A DNA stretch of 64,000 bases. Origin: Cyanophora paradoxa CCMP329 (lineage: Eukaryota > Plantae > Glaucophyta). The notes under the pieces are model-generated. The model saw only the letters and a list, made by a program, of their open reading frames with translations, searched no databases and was not told where the DNA came from. The stretch spans positions 356,191-420,190 of the forward strand of contig QPMI01000572.1 in NCBI GenBank assembly GCA_004431415.1, in the 5' to 3' direction. A program made the position numbers and the translations under genes. Each line of letters begins with the position of its first letter. Position 1 is the first letter of the stretch. Shown here piece after piece: positions 13,356 through 24,411 of this stretch.

Positions 13356-16300
13356 ATGTTCTACCTTTCGCGCTCAGCGAGCGCGCTGCGCCCGCTGGAA
13401 ATCGAAGCGGAGCGAGAGTTGATGGCGGCACCGCGGCCGCGAGAGCCTTCCGTGCACGGAGGCACCGCGCTCTACGCTCCCTCGTTCAGCAGACAGTTCC
13501 CGTCCTGCAGCGGGCACGCGTCCGTCGTGCGCGGGCGCCAGATCATCGTTCTCGGCGGCTCGGCCGGCTCCCTCCTCGAGTCCTGTCCCGTCATCTGCTT
13601 CGACACGGGTCGGCGGCTCCGCGCTCCGCTCCGGCGCCGCAGCCGCCGCGTAGCTGACTGCTCCGCGGCGGCGCAGAGCGCGAGGCGTGGATGCGTCCGC
13701 ACTGCATCGGGTGCGCGCCGCCCGCCGCGCTCCCCGCGCTCCGCTGACGAACCCCCTTCCAGCATCGGCCCCAAGCTCTCGCCGGCGCGGCCCCGCGCCG
13801 CCCTCCGCCGCCTCCAACCCGCCCGCGTGCGCGCTGAGGCCCGCGGCAGACGGGCGCGAGCGCGACGCTCGTCGGGAGCCGCGTCTGGCTCATCGGCGGC
13901 AAGCCCGACGAAGGGGACGGGCCCATATCCGTGTACGCCCTCGACGTTTCCTGCCAGGGTACCCCCCTCTTGCCCCCGCCCCGCCCCGCCCCGCCCGCCC
14001 GCTCACGCGCCCGACCACAGATACGTACCTCTGGAGAAGGGTACAGACGTTCGGCGAGGTGCCCAGCGCGAGGTGAGAGAAAACAAATCGTACCCTCGCA
14101 AGCCGCCCGCCGACTCGCGTACCCCCCAGGTACCGCCACGCGGCCTGCCGCGTGGGGGAGCACGAGATCTGGGTCGTCGGAGGGGTATCGGTCTCCTCCA
14201 GCGTCTTCGGCGGCGAGACGTCGCACCCCGACATCTTCCGCCTGGACACGCGTGCGCCTCTACCCCTCCCGGGCCTCGCCGCTCACCTGAGCCTCACCTG
14301 AGGCAGGGACGCGGGTCTGGATGCGGCTCTGCACGACGGGCGAGAAGCTGCGGCCGCTCAGCGACCTCTCCGCCGCATGCATCGGAAAGGTCCCTCCCCC
14401 GATTCGAACCCGCACCCGCCTTCTTCCCCCCCCGATGCGCCGCAGCTCGTCGTGCTCTTCGGGGGCCGCGTGGACGGCAACTCCGTCTCCGCCGTCCGCA
14501 CCGTCCAGACCGGTTCGCGCCCGTGAGATCGGTCTGATTTACCGTACCCCCCTCGACGCCCGCCCCCACGGGGCCGCAGAGCACCCGCACGAGGTCTGCA
14601 CGGTACCCTTCACCGGCGCCGAGCCCGAGCGGCGATCCTTTCACGCCGGTACCCAACTCCCGAACGCGCAACCCCCCTCCCCTCCCCGGCCTGAGCGGGC
14701 CCCAGCCGCGGCGGTGGGTGGTAGCCTCGTAGTGGCGGGGGGGAGGAACGGCTCCACGGGGCTCCTCCCCGACGCCGCCGTCTTCCACCTCGGTACCCCC
14801 TAAGCTCCATCCCCTTCCCCCGGCATAGTTTTAACCAATCCGTGCAGCCTCCCGCTCCTGGACCGCCGTACCGCTGTCCGCGGACGAGCGCAGGCTCCTC
14901 TGCCGCAGGCGGGCGACGCCCCTTCTTCTCTCCCCCCCCCTCCCCGAGACCTGACGCGTACCCCCCGCAGCTCGCACACGGCGTCCCCAGTCGGGTCCCG
15001 CGTCTGGCTCCTAGGAGGGGAGGGCCTCCTCCCCTCCGCGGCCCACGACAACCTCCCCTGCCCCGTCGTCGCCCTCCACACGGGTACACCTTTTTGTGCC
15101 CAAAATTCATCCCCCACCCCCCAATTTGGGCGCCAGGCCTGAAGGCGGGGTACGAGACGGCGGGGGGCGAGGCTGACGGGGACCCCGAGGAGGCGGACCT
15201 GTGGCGCAGCCTCGTACCAGTCTTCAACGACGACCCCGCGGGGGTACGTACATGCGCCCTCGCCTTTGAACTCTTCTTCCTCTGTACCCCGCCTAACTCT
15301 CCTCTTGCACCTCTCAGGCTGTGGAGGAGCTGCTGGCTGCGCGGCGGGCGCGGCGGCGGGCGGCGCGGGGACCCTGCCCGCCCACCCCGCCCCGCCCAGA
15401 CTCTGCCGAGGACGAGGCGCGCGGCGCCCCTCCGCCCCCTGCCGCCCCCACCCATCCATCCTCTTATCCTCCTATCCATAGGCGGCGGATGTGGCGCGGT
15501 TCCTGCGGCTGGCGGAGGGCCTCGACCGCGACCGCATCGGCGAGTACCTCGCCGCCCGGTGACCCTCGCCCCTCCCCGCCCCCCGCTGCCTTTGCGGCGC
15601 CCGCAAAGCGCTCTCCGGCTTCGATAGCATCCTACCTGTCTGCTGCTGTTTGCGGACGAGCTGTTTAACCAGTATCCATTTAACTATTTAACTATTTAAC
15701 GGCCGCCCGGGGCCAGGTCTCCCGACCGGGCGGCGGCCCTGCGCGCCTTCATCGCCAGCCTCGACTTCCGGTGCGCCCAGGGCCCTCCCGAGGCCGGAAG
15801 AAAGAGACCCTAGACCTTCCTCGGGCTAGAGCTGGAGCTAATTATGGTCTTCTTCGACCGTAGACCTTAATCGAGCGGCTACGACAAGAGCTGCAGTCTA
15901 GAGCCCCGCTTGCCCTGTCCGAGCGAGCCCGGCCTCTAAGAGCGCGCGCTAGAAGCTCGAAGGCCCCATCCCACAGAGCCCGAGCGAGCCCAGGGGCGAC
16001 CGGCCACTGGCCGCAGGAGACCCTAGACCCTCCTGGGGCGACTGGGGCTGGAGCTGCGGCCCCCGGCCTCTAAGAGCGCGCGCTTGGGAGGGCCCCGTCC
16101 CACACAGCCGCCCCCGCTCGCCTCGCCTCGCCTCGCCTCGCCCGCCCGGGCAGACTTGACCCCGTTCGGCGCGCCCCGCAGGGACGTACCCTTCGAGTTC
16201 GCCCTCCGGTGCGCCCCGCCCCTCTTCCCCTACCCCTCCCCGCCTAACCCCCCCCCCCTCCCCCCAAGCTACCTTTTCTCGCTGTTCCGCCCCCCCGGGG

Positions 16301-18540
16301 AGGCTCAACTCGTCGAGCGCGTCCTCGACGCCTTCGCCGAAAGGGCGCGCGCCCCGTACCCCCCGCCGCTACTCCCCACTCCTCACTTTCGGCGCAGTAC
16401 TTCAGCGACAACCCGCAGTCGCGCATCTTCTCTTCCGCCGCATCCGTCTCCTCCCTCGCCTACAGGTCCGTGGGTGCAGGGGTAGAGGATTGTCCGAGGC
16501 GGCCCGGCTGACGCGCCGGGGCGCCGCCCCGCCCCGCAGCGTGCTCATGCTGAACACCTCCCGCCACAACCCCGCCGTCCGACCCTCCGACCGCGTGCGC
16601 CCCCCCCCTCCCCCCCCCCCCCCGGCCTCCGGTCTACGTACCCCTGTACCCCTCTCATCTTTCTACCCCCCCCCCCCCCCCAGATGAACCACAAGTCCTT
16701 CGTGCACGCCGTGCGGGACCCGCGCATCCCCGGCGGCCTTCACTTCCCCGACGTGCGCCGTATCCCCCTCCCAAACACGTACCCCCTCGCTGGAGCGATC
16801 GAACCTCCGCAGGCCTTCCTTGAAGCCCTGTACTACTCCATAAAGAAGGACTCCATCCGCCTCCAATCCCAGGTTTGTGTACCCGGCTCCCGTCTGATCT
16901 CCATGTACCCCCTCCCCGCTGACGTCGCTCCGTTCGCAGCCCGGCTCCGCCCGCGGGGGCCGCCGCCCATCCACGCCGGTCCGCCCCCTACTTTTTGCAT
17001 ATGCCGTACCCCGGCGCCATCGGTTGACGCCGTACCCCCCCAGGAATCCGGGTTCGGACCTGGGCCGGGCTCCGCCTCTTCATCTCGGTCCCCCTCCCCG
17101 ACCCTCTCGGAGGGATCCGCGTGGAACTTCTCCGACCGGACGCGGTACCCCCCCGCGCTCCTCCCTCCTGATCCGCCCCCCTCACGGCTCGCGCAGGGCT
17201 CAGCAAGCGCGGCCGGCGGGGGAGGGCGTCACCGACCGGCGCGCGGTGGGCGTGGGGCCGGGGCCGGCCGTGCCCCCCGCCCACGCCCAGGCGCGCTCAG
17301 CGGCGCCAGGGCCCGCGCAGGGCCCCGAGGCGACCCCGGAACCCCTGCCCGACGCCTCGCCGCCCTCCCCGGTCTCGATGGGCCGTGTCGGTCCGGCCCC
17401 CTCCGACGACTCCGAGCCCCTCATGGGCCCCGTCTCCCGAAGCGTACCCCCTTTCTCCTCCTCCTCCTCCGCCGCGGCCGGCGCCTCCTCGGGCCAGGCA
17501 CCCCGGGCCGGGGCCCTGCACAGGCTGCGGAAGAGCCCCCTGAGCCCCGCCTCGCCCTTCCGGGCCGCCCCCTGCGACTCCTTCCGGTCCCCGGGCCCGC
17601 CCCCCGTCACCGCTTCTCCCCCCCGGGACTCCCCGGCCAGCTCCCGCTCCGCTTCTCCCCCCGGGGGGGAGGACGACGACGACCCCGCCCACCCCACCCT
17701 CCGCCTGCTCGACCCGGAGGCCCGCGTACCCCCCTCCATCCCGATTCCCCCCCCCCCTCTTTCCTGAGCTTTCGCCTACGCAGGTCCCGACCGCCGCCGT
17801 TCTGCGGCCCCTCGCGACGCGCGCCTCCGCCGCCGCCGCCGCTGCCGCCTCCGCCTCCCGCACACTCGCCTTCATCCTACCCCCCGGTGCGCCCCCCGCC
17901 TCGAAGAAAACCCCGTACCCGTCCACGAGCCCGCCCCCAGACGACGTCCTGGAGGCCGCCGACCGCCTGCGTGACGCCCTCAAGGACCCCCAGCTCGTGC
18001 GGCCGTACCCCCCTCCCGCTCTTCCCCCCTCACGCCGGCGCCGCAGGCGCAGGGCCGCGGGGCGGAGCTGGCGGCGGCGGCGTACCGCGTCTCCGCCCAC
18101 GCGGGGCGATCCGCCGGGTACGCCCCCCCGCCCGCCCGCCCGCCTTCCGACCCATGTCTTTGTCATATATCCATCAGGCCGGTGCCGCCGGGGCGGCTGG
18201 CGGCGGAGTGCTACCAGAACTGGCGCGTTGACTTCTACAGCGACGTCGCCGCCGCCGTCGACCGGTGCGCCCCGCCCCCCGCCCCCCGCCCCGCAGCGCG
18301 CATGCGCAGTCTCCACTACGAGTCTTGGGCGCCCGCCCCCGGGCCCGGGGCCCCGCTTGATGCCGCCCGGCCGCGCGCAGGCTGGAGGCGGCGGCGCGGG
18401 CGCTGGAGGGGGCCCTGGCGCAGGCATCGGGGGGAGGGCCCGAGCTCACCCGCCTCGCCGCCGCCGCCGCCGCCGCCGTCCCCTCCTGGGGCCCCCGCCC
18501 CGCCCCCGCCCCCGCCGGCCCCGCCCCCTCCCTCCTCTAG
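13356..18540 (+). CDS. Kelch-repeat + Sec7-domain protein (ARF guanine-nucleotide exchange factor), multi-exon
   Basis: Kelch motifs: SGHASVVRGRQIIVLGG, HAACRVGEHEIWVVGG, RSFH..AAAVGGSLVVAGG. Sec7 motifs in successive exons: VARFLRLAEGLDRDRIGEYLA, ALRAFIASLDF, FRPPGEAQLVERVLDAF (catalytic Glu finger), SVLMLNTSRHNP, FLEALYYSIKKDSI. Likely stop TAG at 18538-18540. Confidence 0.85.
15804..16110. repeat. Degenerate internal duplication in an enlarged intron of the Sec7 gene
   Basis: GAGACCCTAGACC at 15804 and 16017; CGGCCTCTAAGAGCGCGCGCT at 15930 and 16064. Confidence 0.7.
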
Positions 18541-19074
18541 CTCTAGCGCTAGCCGGCCGTTCGCTCCCATCCTGCATGCGTTACCTTCACGGGTTTCAAA
18601 TTGTAAAATCGGTTCGGTTGAAATACATCGATATCGAGAAACGGCTTCCGATCCGATCCGACCCCAAATGCATCACTGGTACTGCAGCTGCTCGCGGGGA
18701 CTTGGGGCGAAAAAAGCCTGAATGCTTCGATCAAGACAAAAAAGAAAGGCAAAGATCTGCTCAAACGTGCCTCTACACCAAACGTCCCGAGGCTCGAGCG
18801 CGCGCGCGCGCGCGACACATACCGTTGATATACGCACATAACATACATACTTCCGGGAAAACGGCCCTATCCAAACCACTATGTACGGAAATGTGGGATA
18901 CAGGCATCTGCGCCAAGGAAATAGGGACAGCCAAAAGCGATGCTAAGCTATGTATAAGCGCACATCTCATGTATGGAAAAAAGGGAGCGGCGAGCCCCCT
19001 GGACTGCATTTTAAAGCGACGAGGCGCCCGGTCTGTATTCGTTGAAAGGAGAGAAGGAAGGGAAGGCGCGGCGC

Positions 19075-21215
19075 TCAGAAGAAGGAGAAGGGGGCGGCGG
19101 AGGCGGCGGGGTCCTGGGCGGAGAGGAAGCAGGAGGAGGGCGCCTGGAGTTGGCTGTAGTGGCCCTGGTGGCCCCCGTGGGGCGGGGGGGAGGAGGCGAG
19201 GAGCCAGGAGAGCTGCATGGAGAGGGGGTCGATGCAGGGGATGGCCGAGGCGGCGCCAAAGTCGCCGGGGAGGGCCCCCGGCTCCACCCCGCACGAGGCG
19301 GGGAGGCCCATGCCGAGGCCCATCCCCATGTCCATGTCGTCCTCCAGGCCCTCCCCGGCAAAGCGGATGCCCTCGGGCTCCACGACGGAGACGGGCCAGC
19401 AGGCCGCCGCGCCGCCCCCGAGGCCGGCGTCGCTGCACCCGTCCTCCTCCTCCTCCTCCTTGATGGCCGAGGGGACGAGCACCGCCACCGTCACGAACTG
19501 GAGCCGCGTCGCCTGCGGCCTCTGCACCTGCACCTGCTGCGGCTGCGGCTGCGCCAGCTGCTGCGCCAGCTGCTGCGGCGGGTAGAGCTGATGATGCGGC
19601 GGCGCCGGCGCCGGCGCCAGCGGCGCGAGCGCGCTGCGCGAGTCCCGCGCCAGCTTGAGGCGCGGGCGCGGCGCCTGCGCGCGGGCGAGGGAAGCGGCGG
19701 CGGCGTCGGCAGCCGGCTGCTGCTGCCTCCCACGGAGGCCTCGCCGTCCGACATCGACTCGGAGACGGGGCGCGGGGGCCGCGGGAGCCGTGCCGGCGCC
19801 GAGCCGCGCCGGCGCCGACGCCCGCGTGCCCCGGCACCTGGAGCGCCTCGTCGCTGCCGCACGCGATCGCCGCACCCTCCTCCTCCTCCTCCTCCTCCGA
19901 CTGCCCCCCGGCGCCCGCGCCGGCGCTCGAGGACGCCTGGGGCGGCGGCCTCGAGGACGCCTGGGGCGGCGGCGAAGGCGCCGGCGCCGGCGCCGCCGCC
20001 TCGTCATCGTTCATCGGCGCGGGCGACTCGTCCTCGTCCTCCTCATCCTCCTCATTGTCCTCCTCCTCCTCCCCGTCCTCTTCCTCCTGCTCCTCTTCAG
20101 AGTCGTCCTCCTCGTCCTCGTCGCTGCCGGACGCCGGCGCCCGGGAGCGCGACGCGTAGCGGCCGCGCTTCGCTGGCCGCGACCGGTGCGCGTGCGCGTG
20201 TACGTGACTCCGCGGCATTGCTCCGGGCTTCAGCTCGCCGCTCTGCCGCGCGCGCGCGCGCGAAACGTCAGCCGCGCGGTGCGGTGCGCTCGTCGCAGAG
20301 CTAGGCGAACCTGCAGGCGCTTCTTTATCGAGGAGTTCCACTGTTTTCCCCGACCGCGGATGAGCGAAAGTGGCCACCGGATGAAGAAGGAAAAGAAAGC
20401 GCGGCAAGAGCTGACTGACCCTATTCTTCACACTGTTGTCGCTGCGGCCCGGAATGTAGCGGGCGATCTGGACCCACGAGTTGCCCAGCTGCGCAGAGCG
20501 GCGTTCGAATGCGCGAACGAGAAATCGCGTCGAGTCGCGTTACCTTCGCCTGCAGAGTCGCAATCAACCGGTCCTCTTCCTCGGTCCTGCGGCCGCGGCT
20601 GTAATCAGGACGAGAATATCGACGAGGGCACAACGCAGTGCGCACCAGGGGTCTTTCCGAACGCTCGGGTCGACTGTAGAAGCGGATATTTGTTAGCGAC
20701 GCGCCGTGGACGCGCGCGCGGGGCGCGTGGCAGAGTGCGCAAGCGGTGGCGAACCATGATTTATGAATCTCTCGCGAACCTGCGAGCGGATCACCAAACG
20801 CGTCCTCTTTCAAGCAGATCAAAGAAGCTCACCTGCTTGCTCTTCCTGCACCCGCCGAGCAGCTGCGATATCAGGACCTAGCGCGCGGCGCAAATCAGCG
20901 GAATCAATTTAGAAGCGGTCAGGAGACGCGGACCCAGTCCTTCGTCCCGTGCTGTACGACGAGCTCCCGAAGTTTATCATCTTCTTCCGGTGTCCTGTGC
21001 GCCCCCTCGTTAATAGGGCAGACGTACACGCGCACTTCGTCGCGGACCAGCTGCAGTTTATCGCCTGCGGCAGGCGCGATCAGCAGCCTTCGAAAGCAAG
21101 CACATAAGGTGACAGAACGCCATGCCATGTTGGTGCGCTATCAAGTCAGGGCCGGCCTTACCTGGACGCGGTTGTTCCGCGCTTTCGTCTGCCGCGCTGC
21201 TCCGGGCTCCCTCAT
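19075..21215 (-). CDS. Two-repeat (R2R3-type) MYB transcription factor with acidic and Gln/Pro-rich tail, multi-exon
   Basis: Spliced exons give W-TPEEDDKLRELVVQHGTKDW, VLISQLLGGCRKSKQ, VRERFINH, DPSVRKDPW-TEEEDRLIATLQAK, LGNSWVQIARYIPGRSDNSVKNR-WNSSIKKR. Acidic tract DEDEEDDSEEEQEEED. Stop at 19075. Confidence 0.9.
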
Positions 21216-21842
21216 GCTCTCCCGCGCAGCTGGGCGCTGCTGCTGCTGCGCTGCTGCTCCGCTCCGCTCGCCGCTCGCTGTAGCCCACAGATCCCTTCAC
21301 CTTCGCTGCATGCGCGGCTAGCGCGCGCTGCTACGGAGGTCGACCCTGATCGAGTTCCGAGCTCGAGCTCGATGGTGGCGATGGGGGTACTCGCACCGCA
21401 GACTTCCAAGAACTACTGCCCGCAACTTTCTGCGGCTTCCGGCAAGTTGCAAACTTGCCGCTCCGCCGGCGCCGGCCGCGGGCGGCCGTCAGACCGGTAC
21501 CGCCGCGGACCCGCTTCGTGGACCGCGGAATTTAATTCATGTTGCATATATTATTAATTATATATATGTATGTCGACGTCTGCTATATATATACTGGAAA
21601 TTCATATTATAGATACATTTTTCTCACTGTTATCATGAATTAACCTTTGAATATCCGTTAATTATGTTAAGTTTATGCACATGATCGACAACCAATCACA
21701 TGCGCGGTCGCCGGTCGGCGCAAAAAGTGTCAGCAACCCCCGATCGCGATTGACTTTTTTACGAAGGTACCTCTTGGAGATAAGATCAACATGAACTTTC
21801 GAAACGCTCGAGCTCCTAGCAGCCGATTTTAACTGGACAGTG

Positions 21843-22419
21843 CGTCTACCAGTATCAATCCACAAAGTTAGGCGACGACAAATTTAGGCGCGGATAGACG
21901 AGTTCACCCATTCGTCTAACTTGATCCCCGTCTAACTGTGTCTAAAGGGGGTAATTATATATAAGCTTGTACTGGTAGTATATATATGGATTGACCAGCA
22001 GCTCGTCTATCTTTGTAAACGTCTATCAATGTAACGATTTGCATTAGCACTCAACAACAACTACTAGGAGTTTCACAACGCCCAATTCATCTCTCCGACT
22101 AGATAACACTGAGGACCGTCGAGTGCTGTGCTCTGTCTACATGGTAGGTTTCAAGTTTGTTGTTGGGCTAGCTGTATATCTAGATCTAGCTACAGTGGAG
22201 GTCTGAAATAGGTTTTGAGCTATAGCTAGCTTTAGCTATAGGTAGCTATATATATCTGTAGCTTGTGAACGTCTATCACGACGGGTGGGCAAACGGAGTA
22301 GTTCTAGTAACTTCGGACCGCTTCGGTAAGTCGACGCCAACGTCGCCAACTTGATGGTCATTTCAAGTTCGTGAAATATCGCACTCAGGTGATAGCGCGC
22401 ATGAAACCGAAGCGGTCCG
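21843..22419. repeat. Cluster of CGTCTAWC motifs plus a 14-bp inverted repeat (possible DNA-transposon relic or regulatory region upstream of the MYB gene)
   Basis: CGTCTAWC at 21913, 21929, 22004, 22020 and 22270, inverted at 21893, near-match at 21843. Inverted repeat CGGACCGCTTCGGT 22314-22327 / ACCGAAGCGGTCCG 22406-22419. Confidence 0.5.
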
Positions 22420-22932
22420 CGCTGACTCCGCAGTCCGCATGCGCACATTGCGCAGTGAGTCCAGGGGAACCGGCCCGGCGGGATCCACATGCGCACACGC
22501 GCGCCGGCGCCTGAGGCCTCGGGCGGCCGCGGCTGTACTAGGCTACTACTAGCTATAGCCTATAGAACAGCTAATTATAATTACGAGACTGCGAGACCGC
22601 GGCAGATCTAATATAGATTCTAGACTCGATCGCGAGCTCCCGGGCCCCGCGGGCCGGCCGCGGGCGCGGGCGCCCCGGCGCGCGCGCGCGGGCCCCCCCT
22701 CCCGGGCCCCACGGCCAGAGAGAGTCGCGATCTCGATCGCGAGCTCGTCGGTGATGATGAGCTCAAGTCTCGCGATCGACTGACGACGACTTGCAAATTG
22801 CCTCGCGAGTCGCGACTCGTAGGCCTGATGAACGTTAACGTCTTCCGAAGCCTTAAGAGCATATACGTTAGCCTTAATTATAAGCCTGGAGCCTTAAGAG
22901 CATATATACACATCATGGCATTATAATTACCA

Positions 22933-23968
22933 GTACATATTTTTTTTTGGTGAATTACCGGCCACAGTCTCTAGACACCAGCACTGCGGGGGCTGCCCAG
23001 GGGGCATAAAGACAAAAAAGCAAAATAACTAAGACAAGAGCACGAAGAAAGATAAGACAAAGAGCCAAAATCGACAATAAACTTGAAAAAAGGAAAGACA
23101 CAGAGCTCGAGACAGATCGATAGCGAGAAGAGACGATAAATCGAGCAGATCTAGGGACAGAGTTTAACTGACACGTGCACGAAGAAGAACCAGAGCTAGA
23201 GATACGTATACCATCAATATCAGAAGGAATTACATCACTAAGAAGCGGGGGACAAAATTGAGAAAGATAAATAACAGGAAGAAGACAAGTAAGAGGAACA
23301 ACAAGACGACATGGAGGCGGAGGCGAAGCAGGACGATGCGAAAGGGCAGAGCTACGGCACGAGGTCGAGGAGGACACAGGAGGCGGAGCAGGCGGATCAA
23401 GAGCAGGCAAAAGGACTGTCAAAGGAATCACTAAAGCCGGCCGGGGTCGAGGCGGGCAATCGATATCGAACTGCAAACGACGGCGAACAACAGGTCGAGC
23501 ACGAGGACTATAGCTAGTATTGAAACTAACTCTAGCATCAACACTACGATCAGAATCCGAACCAGACCGAACTAAACTAGAAGACGAAGAAGTACGCCGG
23601 CGCCGGCGGGAGACGATCGCGACCAGCGAAGCAGAAGACGAAGGCAAAGGCGGCAGTCCGGTATCAAGAACAAAGGCCGGAGGGTCCGGCCCGGCAAACT
23701 GCCGGGGGGAAGTAGAAGGAGCCGCAGGCTCGGCAAGCCGGCGACGGGTACGACCACGAGTCCGGGAGGAGATCGGGGAAGCCGGTCCCGGAGCTGAGGG
23801 CCCAGGAGCAGAGCCAGGAGAAGGTAAGCCCGGCCAGAAATCTGACCCGGAGCCGGAACCCAGCGAACGACGACGACGAAGAGGCCCCCGAGGAGCCACG
23901 ACGGGGGAGCTACCGAGCGAAGTACTGACAGCCGGCGCCGAACACGGCGGCGGAGGTACCCGTACATA
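22933..23968 (-). mobile_element. Retroposed (non-LTR-type) insertion with 3' poly(A) and 7-bp target-site duplication, probably 5'-truncated
   Basis: GTACATA at 22933-22939 and 23962-23968 flanks the segment. T9 at 22940-22948 is poly(A) on the minus strand. An uninterrupted minus-strand frame stops at 22955, just before the tail. Composition differs from the flanks (purine-rich + strand). Confidence 0.75.
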
Positions 23969-24411
23969 ATATGCTAGTCCTCCATGCATATATATGGTAG
24001 CCAGCGAAATAGGTCCTTGCACGCATATAAATACCTGCCGTATTCTACAAGGCTAGGTATATAATATGTAACGTTACTCAAAGATTGATGCTCCGGGAAT
24101 TTCAAATTCGAAAGGAGATTCGCCCCGCCGGCGCCGTGGTCTCACAAAACAAAAGAGACAGGAGGGGCTAACTGCAAGCAATGAGAACATCAGGAAACCA
24201 AGGACTCAACTAAATCTAACCTGAAATATTATTCCCCGAACTTAAACTACCTTGTGCTTGTACATCTGGAGCATGCGCAGATCTAAAGCTGTGGAGACTC
24301 TGAGACGAAGGCCGCGAAATTGGTATTCGAAAGAAGCGGAAGTACGATCATTGAATCAAGAAACGAAAGAATTGCGGTGCCACGGTGAGCGTCGCCGGGT
24401 TGTAATTATAA

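Noticed and set aside
22314-22419. Hammerhead ribozyme or tRNA
   Set aside because: No CUGANGA/GAAA core in the right arrangement and no cloverleaf or T-loop consensus.
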